This document shows positions 46,883-57,086 of a stretch of DNA of 64,000 nt, piece after piece (within the stretch, counting starts at the first letter, position 1; each line of letters begins with the position of its first letter). Made by a program: the position numbers and the translations under genes. The stretch comes from an uncultured Desulfarculus sp. (GTDB lineage Bacteria > Desulfobacterota > Desulfarculia > Desulfarculales > Desulfarculaceae): contig CAXXUK010000002.1 in NCBI GenBank assembly GCA_963665125.2, positions 384,001 to 448,000 on the forward strand, written 5' to 3'. Under the pieces are notes generated by a model. The model was not told the DNA's origin and did no database searches. It saw only the letters and a list, made by a program, of their open reading frames with translations.

Positions 46883-49041
46883 CGTCCGTTATCCTCCCGT
46901 TCAAACACGTTTTCCAGCGGGCAAACCGTTATCAGCGGACAGTCCTTTTCGTCCGATCCCGCATGTGCAGATTCATGAATAGCGCTAATCGCCGTCGCAG
47001 CCAAGGGATAGATGTGATCCTCGCCGATTTTGGCCAAAAGGTGTGTACGTTCCATGGCCTCCAGAACGTTTTCCTTAAGGTGGGAGAAACTGATATCAAA
47101 CCCCGCGCTGCGGACTCTATCCACGATCAAGGATAACGCTTCTTCGCCTGATGCGTCTATGTCGTTTATGCCGTTTGACACGACCAGAATGTGCCTCAAC
47201 TTGGGCATGTTCATGATGCGGTCGTTGATCTGGTCTTCCAGGAAGCTGGCATTGGCGAAAAACAGCGGGCCGTCAAAGCGCACGACAGCTATGTGTTCGC
47301 ACTCGCGCAGGCCGAAGTGTTCCGCGTCGCGTAACGAGCAGTCCTGGTGCATGGACAGGCTGGCCACCGTCGGGCGCATGCTCTTGTATAAAAAGACCAT
47401 CAGGCTCAGGGCCACGCCGATCATGATGCCCCTGTCCAGGTGCGGCGCGAAAACCAGGGTGGCGATGAAGCTGATGATGCTGATGGCTCCGTCATACCAC
47501 TGGGCCTTCCAGGCATGGACAAAACCGCTAAGGTTGATCAGGCCCACGACGGCCAACATGATGACTGCGGCCAGCACGGCCTGGGGCAGGTGGTACAGAA
47601 GAGGGGTGAACAACAACAGCACGATGACGACCATCAGGCTGGTGACCACGCTGCTAAGACCTGTGATAGCGCCCGATTGCAAGTTTACCGCCGACCTGGA
47701 GAACGATCCCGATACGGGATAGCTCTTGCCCAGGCAGCCGATCATGTTGGCCAGACCCTGGCCGATGAGCTCCTGGTTGGGGTCCAGGCGTTGGCCGGTT
47801 TTGGCGGCCATGGCCTTGGCGATGCTGATGGCCTCCATGAAGCCCAAAAGGCTGATGATGATGGCGTAAGGCACCAACTGCAACATGACGCCGATGTTTA
47901 CGTTGGGCATACTGATGGTCGGCAGGCCGGGCGGAATGTCGCCGACCACCGCACCGCCGCCCATGACCTTGATGGATGTGGTGTCCAGGGCGCCCAGGCC
48001 GACCTTGATGCGCCAGGTGTTGCCGTCGGTTTCGGAGCCGGACGGGGCTTGGCCCTGTTCATAGAACAACAGGCCGTCGCCGGCCTGCTTGAGGCCGTCG
48101 AATTTGTGGTTGCGCAGCAAATCGCGCAGTTCGTGGGCAATGCCCTTTTGCATTTCAATGCGCGCGGTGAGCATTGCCGCCTTCTGGCGCAGGTCCAGCA
48201 CTTCCAGGGATTGTTCGCCTTGCTTTTCGGTTTCGGTGACGATCTGCTTGTTGAGATCGGCCCGCTGCTCACCCAGGGAGCTGATGGCGGCGATGGAGGT
48301 GTTGTAGTCGTTGACCTGCTGGCCGATGACCGGATCGGCAAAGGCGTCCGGGCCGACCTTGACATCGTTTTGGAAGCCCACCGCCCAGGAGATCAAGGTG
48401 GTGACGGCGACAGCCACCAACACGTAGGGGATCTTGGGATTGATCCGTTTGAGGATGATCATGATTGCGAAAGCGCCCGCGCCCATGGCCAGGGTGGGCC
48501 AGTGGGTGTAGTCGATGGCCGCCTGACAGACCCGGATGATCGTTTCATAGTGGTGATCGGCCTTGTCCACGTACACGCCGAACAGCTTGGAAAGCTGGGA
48601 GCTGGCGATGATGATGGCCGCGGCGTTGGTAAAGCCGTTGACCACCGGATGGCTCAGGAAGTTGACCACCAGGCCTAACCGCAATACGCCCAGCAAAAAC
48701 TGGAAGATGCCCACCACCAGGGCCAGCAGCACCGCATAGGCGATGAACGCCTCGCTGCCCGCCGTGGCCAGTGGTTCCAGTGATGCCGCGGTCATCAGGG
48801 AGACAATGGCCACCGGTCCCGTGGCCAATTGCATGGAAGAGCCAAACATAGCCGCGATCATCGGCGGTAAAAACGCTGCATAAAGGCCGTAATAGGCCGG
48901 CAGACCCGCCAACTGGGCATAAGCCATGGACTGCGGGATCAACACCAGGGCAACTGTAATACCGGCCACCAGATCGACCCGGAACTTGGCCGCACTGTAG
49001 CCTTTGAACCAACTTAGAAATGGAAGAATTCGCGCCACCAT
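46879..49041 (-). CDS. sulP: SulP/SLC26 family anion (sulfate) transporter with STAS domain
   Basis: DLVAGITVALVLIPQSMAYA, GSS..LATGP, NQELIGQG, GSFSRSAVN, LFFANA, IDASG. Confidence 0.93.
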   Translation of the reverse strand: MVARILPFLSWFKGYSAAKFRVDLVAGITVALVLIPQSMAYAQLAGLPAYYGLYAAFLPPMIAAMFGSSMQLATGPVAIVSLMTAASLEPLATAGSEAFIAYAVLLALVVGIFQFLLGVLRLGLVVNFLSHPVVNGFTNAAAIIIASSQLSKLFGVYVDKADHHYETIIRVCQAAIDYTHWPTLAMGAGAFAIMIILKRINPKIPYVLVAVAVTTLISWAVGFQNDVKVGPDAFADPVIGQQVNDYNTSIAAISSLGEQRADLNKQIVTETEKQGEQSLEVLDLRQKAAMLTARIEMQKGIAHELRDLLRNHKFDGLKQAGDGLLFYEQGQAPSGSETDGNTWRIKVGLGALDTTSIKVMGGGAVVGDIPPGLPTISMPNVNIGVMLQLVPYAIIISLLGFMEAISIAKAMAAKTGQRLDPNQELIGQGLANMIGCLGKSYPVSGSFSRSAVNLQSGAITGLSSVVTSLMVVIVLLLFTPLLYHLPQAVLAAVIMLAVVGLINLSGFVHAWKAQWYDGAISIISFIATLVFAPHLDRGIMIGVALSLMVFLYKSMRPTVASLSMHQDCSLRDAEHFGLRECEHIAVVRFDGPLFFANASFLEDQINDRIMNMPKLRHILVVSNGINDIDASGEEALSLIVDRVRSAGFDISFSHLKENVLEAMERTHLLAKIGEDHIYPLAATAISAIHESAHAGSDEKDCPLITVCPLENVFEREDNGR

Positions 49042-49878
49042 CGCTCTGCTTTTCCCTTTGGTGCGCCGGCCTGGCCGGTTTTGATCACCGGCCGGACCGA
49101 ACATTATTTAATATGTGCCGCCTTTTCGCCCCTCCCGATCCGGAGGGAGGCGGTTTGATTCCTTGTTACCGGCTGTATCGCGTCAATGCCCGGGGAATTC
49201 CATCATTACCGTCCTTGTTCAAGAATGCAGCAAATTCGCGCTTGTTGGGCGATATAAGACCATTCCCCACCGGAAAACCGCGGGGACTTTTTTCCCGGCC
49301 GGCCATGCCAAAAGCGTAGAACGGCACGGGCGGCGGGTTGGGTTGCTATTTTTTTGAAAAAACGGGAAATGCCCTCGAACCGTCCCATGCGATGCAATGG
49401 ACGGTTGGGGACAAGCTCTTGTCCGGAAAGGGATAGGGGTGTTCGGGTGGCCTGGGATCGGGTCATAACGCGCGACCTCCCGGCGGATCGCCGCCGAAAG
49501 GGACCTCCGGACCGGCATGATGGTCATGGCGCAGGACAATGCATCGAGCCATCACGGACTGGTTGGGGAGGCTGGTATTTAACCCGGTTCGCATAATATG
49601 GCTTAGCCTATCACCTTGCGGATTCGGCAGTCATTCAGCGGTGTACGCTGTGTATATCGTGTTGATTTCCAATTGAATTTTTATTGTTTAACTTTTTATC
49701 GGCTGACGTTGACCCATTTTGCAATGCCGTGCAATCAAGGCGGCTGATAAAATATTTCACAATAAGACTGATAGCATAATGAATTAACCGTATTTAGTCA
49801 ACGATCGAAATGTTGCAAAATGCTACGCGTAAGGAGTTTGTCCTCGCCTGTTGTTGATGGGCGGGAGATTCCGGCGGA

Positions 49879-50238
49879 TCATGCCGTAAGTATTTTGGTC
49901 GCCTCGATGCCGTTTGACTCGGCGAAATCCTGAAAGACCGCCGGGGCCTTGATGTTGCCCGCCAGCACCTCGCGCAACAACAGCAGCGTCAGCTTGTCGC
50001 GGTCGGCGGCCCGGACGGTCACCGTCTTGTTGTATTGGCCCAGGATCTCGTTGACTTCGCTGTATTCGCCGGAATCAAAGCTTTCCACCAGAATGTCGCC
50101 GTTGTGGTCGATGCTGCCCCAGACGGTAACCAATTTTATGTCGTCGTCGGTCTCGACCCTGCCGTCAAAGAGTTTGACGGTCCAGCGGTTTCTGCCGTCC
50201 TTTTGCAGTCCGTTCCAGTGGATATCACGTTTGCCCAT
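49879..50238 (-). CDS. Hypothetical protein
   Basis: 119 aa with SD GGAG and host-like codon usage. Confidence 0.65.
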   Translation of the reverse strand: MGKRDIHWNGLQKDGRNRWTVKLFDGRVETDDDIKLVTVWGSIDHNGDILVESFDSGEYSEVNEILGQYNKTVTVRAADRDKLTLLLLREVLAGNIKAPAVFQDFAESNGIEATKILTA

Positions 50239-50270
50239 GAGGATTCTCCGTGGCTGATTTTCATATTGCT

Positions 50271-51113
50271 TTACGATAAATGTAACAGATCGTCCGAATC
50301 AGCGATAATTTTGGCGGCATCTTTTTCCAAAGTGGCGACATTGGCCTGGGAAAGGTTCAGGTAAAACAACACGTCCGGGGTGTATTCACAGCGGTATTGG
50401 TCGGTATATGACGCGGCGCCGCAGTTTTTGGCCAAGGCGTTGGCCAGAGCGACGATCATCAAAAGCCGCCGGTTGTTTTTGACAGCGTTCAACCTGTGGT
50501 GCAAGGTCATGATTTCGGACAATTGTTTGGAAAGGTTCCACTTTTTGGCGACCAGCAGCCCCATCTCGGTGTGATCGACCCCTAGAACGTGTTTCTCCGA
50601 TTCGGCTATCTCCCAACGCATTTTTTGCACCAGATGGTGGATCTCCGCAGCCTCGGCCGTGAACGATTGATTTATAACCAGTTTGCCCGCGTCATGCATC
50701 AGACCGGCGGTGTAGGCCAGGGACGGGTCCTCGTATTTCAGGCGTTCGGCCAGCCTGCGGGAGACCAGGGCCGTGGCCATGCTGTGACGCCACAGTAAAT
50801 TTCCCCCCGGCCCCATGTGGGCGCATGCGGCGCCAAGCTGATCGCCGAGCACAAGCTCCATGAGGCCGGAGCGGCCCAAACGGGGAGCAGCTTCATCGGC
50901 GGTACTGGCCTTCCATACAAATCCGAAATAAGCGGAGTTCGATCTCTTGATCACCTGGGCCGTCAGGCCGGGATCACGCGCCACCACGGCCGAGATGTCC
51001 TGCATGGAAAAATTGTCGTCGGCCAGCCTTACCAGAAGGTCCGCCAGGGCGTCCGGCAGACCCGGCAGGTCGTGGATCGCCTTGCTTAACTTTTTATTCG
51101 AACTGAAGGGCAT
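50271..51113 (-). CDS. HDOD domain protein
   Basis: LPGLP, DPGLTAQVIKRSNSAYFG, LWRHS, AGLMHDAGK, E...LGVDH, W.L, HH. Confidence 0.92.
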   Translation of the reverse strand: MPFSSNKKLSKAIHDLPGLPDALADLLVRLADDNFSMQDISAVVARDPGLTAQVIKRSNSAYFGFVWKASTADEAAPRLGRSGLMELVLGDQLGAACAHMGPGGNLLWRHSMATALVSRRLAERLKYEDPSLAYTAGLMHDAGKLVINQSFTAEAAEIHHLVQKMRWEIAESEKHVLGVDHTEMGLLVAKKWNLSKQLSEIMTLHHRLNAVKNNRRLLMIVALANALAKNCGAASYTDQYRCEYTPDVLFYLNLSQANVATLEKDAAKIIADSDDLLHLS

Positions 51114-51413
51114 AGTGCGTTCCGTTAAAAATTTTGGGAGATCATGCCGCCGCCCCGCGCAAGCGCTGTTGGTTCAACAAAACAGTTTAGGGCGGCGATA
51201 ACGTTGCTGCCGGTTTACGGTTGCCACACCCAATCGGACCAGGGGGTACGCGCCTGGGATTTCGCCGAATCATCAATACTATTATTTTAGCTTTTCGGAT
51301 TTGATCTGCATACCCCGGATCGCGGGCGGCAGCCGTTGCCGGAGGGGATTTTTTAGGGGGGTAGACCGTGGGGCAGATCCAAAGAAGGGATCGGCAGGGT
51401 AGCGGCTTACCTG

Positions 51414-52079
51414 TTAACCGGCCGTTTGCCCGGCCGAATGAGGGGCGGATTTATACAGCAACCTGCCGGCCACGGGCATGAGCAACGCGTAAATGGTGTT
51501 TTGGACCCATTCATAATATTCCGGGCTGTTCTGGGGCATTCCCATGAGCCAGGAGGCGCTTTCGCCGGCGCCCAGGTAATACAAGAACATGGCGTTCAGG
51601 CTGTCGGTAAGGCGCCGCACTTCCTCCACCGGTTCAGAGACCCCCATCAGATCGACAAAGGCCTGGCGCATGTTGTCCACGGCCCTCAGAAGATATTCCT
51701 GACCCGGCAAAACCGTATAACGGTTTTGGGCGATGTTGAGCATGATGATCTTGAATATCCACGGTTTTTGGCGGCGCAGATCCACGGCGCGCCTGATGAA
51801 CAATCTGAATCCGTCCTCGGGGCTCATGCTCCGTATTTCGTTCAGAGACTCCAGGCACGATCGTTCGAGATCGGTGCAGATTTCCTCGGAGATGGCTTCG
51901 AACAACTCGGCCTTGGTTGGAAAATAGTAGCCGATGATGGGATGGCCGAAACCTCCTTCGGCGGCGATCATGCGGATGCTGGCCGAGTTGTAGGCATAAC
52001 GGGAAAAGACCACTCTGGCCGCGGTCAGGATGTTACGGCGGGTGTCTTTGGCTTTTGCTGTGATCCTTTTATGGGCCAT
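51414..52079 (-). CDS. TetR/AcrR family regulator
   Basis: TRRNILTAARVVF..YAY..ASIRMIA......IGYYFPTKAELF. Confidence 0.88.
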   Translation of the reverse strand: MAHKRITAKAKDTRRNILTAARVVFSRYAYNSASIRMIAAEGGFGHPIIGYYFPTKAELFEAISEEICTDLERSCLESLNEIRSMSPEDGFRLFIRRAVDLRRQKPWIFKIIMLNIAQNRYTVLPGQEYLLRAVDNMRQAFVDLMGVSEPVEEVRRLTDSLNAMFLYYLGAGESASWLMGMPQNSPEYYEWVQNTIYALLMPVAGRLLYKSAPHSAGQTAG

Positions 52080-52508
52080 TTGGGGAGCCTTCCAATTGCC
52101 ACTGGAGGAAGGCCAGTGGGTAACATTTTATATAGCATAGGGCCAACAAACGCGCTATTGCAAGAATTGTACGACTGTATAAAAAACACTTGACAACAAC
52201 ATAAGATTCGCCACACTTATCTGAGCAATCACGTGAAAAGGCAACAAACAACAAGAGTCGTTTTATAATATTCTTCGATTCAATAGGTTACGGCTCATAT
52301 AATTAGGTCCAATACCGAGCAGCATGGTTAAGCGCCCCGAGTAGGCGCACCGGGACTTGAAAAAACAGACGGCGCGCTGCTGTACGGCAGCGAAACAAAA
52401 ACGAGCCGGCCAAGGCCGCGGCCTGCCGGAAAAGTAAATCATTAATGGTTTCCATATTAAATCCGTGAGGCGGCCAAGCAGCGCGGGCGGATAATCGGAG
52501 GTAAGGTT

Positions 52509-53987
52509 ATGCGTACAAAAGAGCAATATATCGAGGGTCTTAAAAAGCTTCGCCCCAATCTGTACTATAAGGGCGAAAAGGTTGGCCGGGATATCGCGGA
52601 TATGGAACAGCCCATCAGCGTGATCGGCAAAACCTTCGACGCCGCCCTGGACCCGGAACTGGCCGATCTGTGCACGGCGAAATCCCACCTGACCGGCGAG
52701 ACCATCAACCGCTTCTGCCATGTGCACCAGAGCACCGACGACCTGCATAAAAAACAGGACATGACCCGCATGCTCTGCCGCAAGGTGGGCTTCTGCATCG
52801 GCCGCTGCATGGGCGTCGACGCCCTCAACGCCATCAACGCCGTATCATACGAGGCCGACAAGGCCAACAACGGCGAGACCCAGTACTACCAGAATTTCCT
52901 GAAATGGCTGGAATACTTCCAGAAGAACGACCTGGTGGGCTCCTGCGCCCAGACCGACGTCAAAGGCGAGCGCATGCTGCGCCCGTCCCAGCAGCCCGAC
53001 CCGGACAGCTATCTGCACGTGGTCGAACGCAAAAGCGACGGCATCGTGGTGCGCGGCTGCAAGGTGCACATCACCATGGCCGCGGTGGCCGACGAGATCC
53101 TTGTGGTGCCCACCCGCAGCCTGGGCCCGGACGAGAGCGACTATGCCGTGGCCTTCGCCATCCCCGCCGACGCCGAGGGCGTGCGCCAGGTGCTGCACCC
53201 CCACCTGATGCGTAACCGCCAGGTCCACCAGCGCGGCTTCAGCTGGGGCGTGGTCGACTCCTACGTGATCTTCGACGACGTGTTCGTGCCCTGGGACCGC
53301 GTGTTCCTCTGCGGCGAATACATGCACGGCGGCATCCTGGCCCTTCTGTTCGCCCTGTTCCACCGCCACAGCTATTCGGGCTGCAAGCCGGCCATCGGCG
53401 ACACCCTGCTGGGCATGGCCGCCCTGGCCGCCGAAGCCAACGGCATCGAGAAGACCAGCCATGTGCGGCACAAGCTCTCCGAGATCATCAAGGTCACCGA
53501 ACTGGGTTACGCCGCGGGCTTCACCGCCTCGGCCAAGGGCAGCCCCGAGCTGAACATCCCCGGCCTGGGCAAGGTGCCCTTCGGCCCCGGCTCCTACATT
53601 CCCGAGGTGGTCTACGCCAACGTGGGCCGCTGCCTCACCGGCGAGGCCGTGTTCCACGAGCAGGAGATCCTCTGCGACATCGCCGGCGGCATGCCTTCCA
53701 CCTTCCCCTACGAGCAGGAGTTGGAGAACCCGGAGATCAAGGGCTTGATGCAAAAGTACGTCAATCGCAGTTCCAAGATGTCCATCGAAGACCAAATCAA
53801 GCTCTGGCTCTATTACCAGGACATCACCGCCAGCACCATCAACGGCACCATCACCTATGGCAGCTACCATGGCGGCGGCTCCCCGATTATGGAGCAGATC
53901 GCCATCGTCAGCCAGTACAACATCAACGCCGCCAAGGCGGGAGCCCGCAAGCTGGCCGGTATGAGCCCGGCCAAGAAAAAGAAATAA
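52509..53987 (+). CDS. 4-hydroxybutyryl-CoA dehydratase (AbfD)/HpaB-family protein, divergent
   Basis: SHLTGETINRF, CIGRC, QTDVKG.R, DGIVVRG.K.H, FDDVFVPWDRVF, HRHSYSGCK, HGGGSP. Confidence 0.88.
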   Translation: MRTKEQYIEGLKKLRPNLYYKGEKVGRDIADMEQPISVIGKTFDAALDPELADLCTAKSHLTGETINRFCHVHQSTDDLHKKQDMTRMLCRKVGFCIGRCMGVDALNAINAVSYEADKANNGETQYYQNFLKWLEYFQKNDLVGSCAQTDVKGERMLRPSQQPDPDSYLHVVERKSDGIVVRGCKVHITMAAVADEILVVPTRSLGPDESDYAVAFAIPADAEGVRQVLHPHLMRNRQVHQRGFSWGVVDSYVIFDDVFVPWDRVFLCGEYMHGGILALLFALFHRHSYSGCKPAIGDTLLGMAALAAEANGIEKTSHVRHKLSEIIKVTELGYAAGFTASAKGSPELNIPGLGKVPFGPGSYIPEVVYANVGRCLTGEAVFHEQEILCDIAGGMPSTFPYEQELENPEIKGLMQKYVNRSSKMSIEDQIKLWLYYQDITASTINGTITYGSYHGGGSPIMEQIAIVSQYNINAAKAGARKLAGMSPAKKKK

Positions 53988-53998
53988 TAGTGTGACCA

Positions 53999-54047
53999 AG
54001 GCCCGGCGGCGCTGATCCGTGGGTGGATCAGCAGCTCCGCCGGGCCT
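53999..54047 (+). terminator. Long hairpin after the AbfD-like gene
   Basis: AGGCCCGGCGG...CCGCCGGGCCT with inner stem GCTGATCC/GGATCAGC; no T-run. Confidence 0.5.
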
Positions 54048-54379
54048 ATCTACAGGCCGGGCCAGTCAAATGGCGAAAACGGCCCAACCCGCCCACACGG
54101 CCCCCAAGCCTTGATCCACAAAAGCACAAACGCGTAAGGCCGTTACCCGACGGGCGTGTAGCCGCGTTCCGAGGCCAATCTATACAAGATCACTAAGAAA
54201 ACGGTTGGGCTTGACAGGCTGATTTTCCTGGGGTACAGACCCATTATTAGCAGCATGAAGCTGTTTCCATTTTTTCAAAATCATCATCGCACCGAAATAA
54301 GCAAAAGTAGTAGGCCAAGAAGGCTCCCGCATGGGCGTGGTGCGCCCGTACGCCTTTTGTTAGGCATGGGAGAGGGATT

Positions 54380-56476
54380 GTGGTTGGGAGAAGAACCTGG
54401 CGGATAGTTTTCGCCACATTGATCTGCGTGCTATGGGCGGCGGCGGCCATGGCCGATGAGCAAATGCCGCCGGTGGATGTAAAGGCCACCCTCAGCGAGG
54501 CTGACGCCTTGACCTCACCGGTTGCCAGCGTAATCAACCCGGACGATCAGGTTCCGGCAGGCCAAGTCAGCGGCCTGACCGACCTGCTCAAACTGACGAA
54601 CTCCATTTACATTCAGGACTCCACCTACGGCAAGCAGTTGTATTTCCGCGGCATGACCGACCAGGACATGCGGATTTTGATCAACGGCGCACCCATCGGC
54701 CAGATGGGCAAGTACTATGCCCTGGCCTACGGCTGGCAAACCATTCCCCTGGAAAATATCGAGCGCATCGAGGTCATCCGCGGCGCCGGTTCAGTGGAAT
54801 ACGGCAACACCCTGGTGGGCACCATCAATATCATCACCAAAAAAGGCGGCAAGGATATCAGATCCACCGCTTCGGTCAATTACGGCACCTTCAATGATTT
54901 CAAAGCCGACGCCACCAACAGCGGCACGGTGGGCAAGTTCAACTGGGCCGTTGGCGGCGCCTACCGCCACCGCGACGAATACCTGCACAACAACGACATC
55001 GATCAATACAACGTCAGCGGATCGGTGGGCGTGGACATGGCCGATGCGGGCAACCTGCAACTGACCGGCTTCGCCTCCAAAAAGGACGAGGGCTTCGCCC
55101 TGGACGACCGAGTCAACTGGACAGTGTGGAGCGATGCGAATGACTTGGCCGACGGCAGCGAGTACCATCTGGAGACCAACAGCGCCATCGCCTCGTACAC
55201 CAGTTCGTGGTTCGACGCCACGGCCAGCTACACCCAGCAGAAGCGCGACGACGACTACCGCAAGGACAGCTGGGCCAGCGGCGACACATACGACTACACC
55301 ATCGACTACCGTACGCCCTCGGTCTCGGCCAAGTTGCACCATACCTTCGGCAAACACTCGCTGAAGTTCGGCGGCGAATACACCTATGGCGACGCCAAGG
55401 CCGAATGGACCTATTATGGTGATCCGGTCATCGAGAAACTGCACTTCCAGCAGGACCTGGCCGGCATCTATGCTGAGGATTCCTGGCAGGTGCTGGAAAA
55501 ACTCAACTTCACCCTCGGCGTGCGCTACGACTATTTCAAGAACAAGCTCACCACCGAAGGCGCCGACCCCAACACCGACACCGAGATCGACGACGACAGC
55601 TTCTCGCCCCGGGCCAGCCTGACCTACGACCTGCCCAGCAATTGGCAGGCCTTCGCCTATGCGGGTCATGTGTTCAAGGCCCCGACCATGGGCGACCTCT
55701 ACCGCTGGTACGGCAGCTACGAGTTGATCAGCTTCGCCGGCCGTGCGGTGCTGCGGGCCTATTACGGGATTCAACAACCGGCCGGAGCGCCCAAGAGCCT
55801 GATTCCCCAGCAGTACATCGATTCCTGGCAGTCGATGATCGGCCAGCTCAAGCCGGCCAAGGGCTGGGACTATGAGTTGGGCGTGCGGCGCATGGGCAAG
55901 GACCACGCCATCCAGGTGAACCTGTTCTATCAGGATATCGACGACTACATCAACGTTTATCCCGTGTCGTATCCGCCAACCTACAACGTTGACAACGTGA
56001 AGATCTACGGCGTGGAACTCACAGGCGTTTACACCTACAACCGCTACCTGGAGATCGAGGCCATCTACACCCTGATGGGCAACAAGGTGGAAAACGACAA
56101 GATCATCCAGAAGATCTACGGCAAGGATGAACTGTTCAACGCGCCGGACCAGGTGCTCAACCTGACCCTGCGCAGCCGCCCGCTGGACGACTTGTTGATC
56201 GAGTGGCAGACCCAGTTCATCAGCAGCCGGTTCGCCGGCGGCGCTCCGGGCGTGCCGCCCCAGGTGGCCGCGGCCAATCCGAAATACGAGCCCATGTATG
56301 AGTTGGACCCGTACTGGTTGCACAATATCCGGGCCAGCTACACGGTGCACATGGGCGGCACGGATGTGACGTTCTCGGCCGCCGTGGAAAACATCTTTGA
56401 CGAAGACTGCTATGTCCGGCTGGACTACCCCCTGCCGGGCACCCTGGTCTACGGCGGCGTGAAGTTCGCCTTTTAA
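54380..56476 (+). CDS. TonB-dependent outer-membrane receptor
   Basis: Signal peptide, plug motifs FRG..ILING..IPLENIERIEVIRGAGSVEYG..GTINIITKK, ENIFD, terminal Phe. Confidence 0.93.
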   Translation: MVGRRTWRIVFATLICVLWAAAAMADEQMPPVDVKATLSEADALTSPVASVINPDDQVPAGQVSGLTDLLKLTNSIYIQDSTYGKQLYFRGMTDQDMRILINGAPIGQMGKYYALAYGWQTIPLENIERIEVIRGAGSVEYGNTLVGTINIITKKGGKDIRSTASVNYGTFNDFKADATNSGTVGKFNWAVGGAYRHRDEYLHNNDIDQYNVSGSVGVDMADAGNLQLTGFASKKDEGFALDDRVNWTVWSDANDLADGSEYHLETNSAIASYTSSWFDATASYTQQKRDDDYRKDSWASGDTYDYTIDYRTPSVSAKLHHTFGKHSLKFGGEYTYGDAKAEWTYYGDPVIEKLHFQQDLAGIYAEDSWQVLEKLNFTLGVRYDYFKNKLTTEGADPNTDTEIDDDSFSPRASLTYDLPSNWQAFAYAGHVFKAPTMGDLYRWYGSYELISFAGRAVLRAYYGIQQPAGAPKSLIPQQYIDSWQSMIGQLKPAKGWDYELGVRRMGKDHAIQVNLFYQDIDDYINVYPVSYPPTYNVDNVKIYGVELTGVYTYNRYLEIEAIYTLMGNKVENDKIIQKIYGKDELFNAPDQVLNLTLRSRPLDDLLIEWQTQFISSRFAGGAPGVPPQVAAANPKYEPMYELDPYWLHNIRASYTVHMGGTDVTFSAAVENIFDEDCYVRLDYPLPGTLVYGGVKFAF

Positions 56477-56481
56477 CCGCT

Positions 56482-56514
56482 TGTTGGAGAAGGCCGGCTC
56501 GGCCTTTTCCAACA
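56482..56514 (+). other. Intercistronic stem-loop
   Basis: TGTTGGAGAAGGCCG-GCT-CGGCCTTTTCCAACA directly after the receptor stop codon. Confidence 0.6.
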
Positions 56515-56534
56515 GCCTTCCAGGAGGTCAAACC

Positions 56535-57077
56535 ATGGCTGATCAGCAAGGTAATGGACCGGTTTTGCTGGGGGCTGAAGATATAAGGCTCGTTCCGGTG
56601 GGCCATATAAACAGCCCGTTCAAGACGCCATCGCTCAAAGGCGGCAAGGACGGCATCAAGCATAGCGGCAATACGCCGCCCCGCCGGGAACACGACGAGG
56701 ACAGCGAAATTGTCATCAAGGCGGAATATGCCGAGTTGTTGGACGGGATAGCGGACTTTTCCCATGCCGTTGTCATCTACTGGCCCCACCTGCTGCCCGT
56801 GGAAGGCCGAAAGGCCCGCAAGGTGCATCCAGCGGGTGTCGAGGAAATGCCCCTGACCGGCGTGTTCGCCACGTGCAGCCCGGCCAGGCCCAACCCGCTG
56901 TTGACAACCGTGGTGGAGGTCCTGGAGCACTCGGGCAATGTCCTCAAGGTCCATGGCTTGGAGGCCGTGGACGGCAGCCCGGTGTTGGATATCAAACCAT
57001 ACAACCGTCATTACATGCTCCGGCCAGAGGCCAAGGCCGCCGAATGGATGGAGCAGCTAGACGAGATGTTCAGCTAA
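56535..57077 (+). CDS. TrmO/TsaA (YaeB) family SAM-binding protein
   Basis: PVGHINSPF, GVFATCSPARPNP, GLEAVDGSPVLDIKPY; SD GGAGG. Confidence 0.88.
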   Translation: MADQQGNGPVLLGAEDIRLVPVGHINSPFKTPSLKGGKDGIKHSGNTPPRREHDEDSEIVIKAEYAELLDGIADFSHAVVIYWPHLLPVEGRKARKVHPAGVEEMPLTGVFATCSPARPNPLLTTVVEVLEHSGNVLKVHGLEAVDGSPVLDIKPYNRHYMLRPEAKAAEWMEQLDEMFS

Positions 57078-57086
57078 GGGGGACGC

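Noticed and set aside
49745..49763. Rex-like operator
   Set aside because: Only one half-site (TTCACAA) matches.
54240..54380. Cobalamin or Moco riboswitch ahead of the TonB/ABC operon
   Set aside because: No B12-box or GCCACTG/GGGAAG core is visible, and resemblance to the Moco motif is limited to a few bases.
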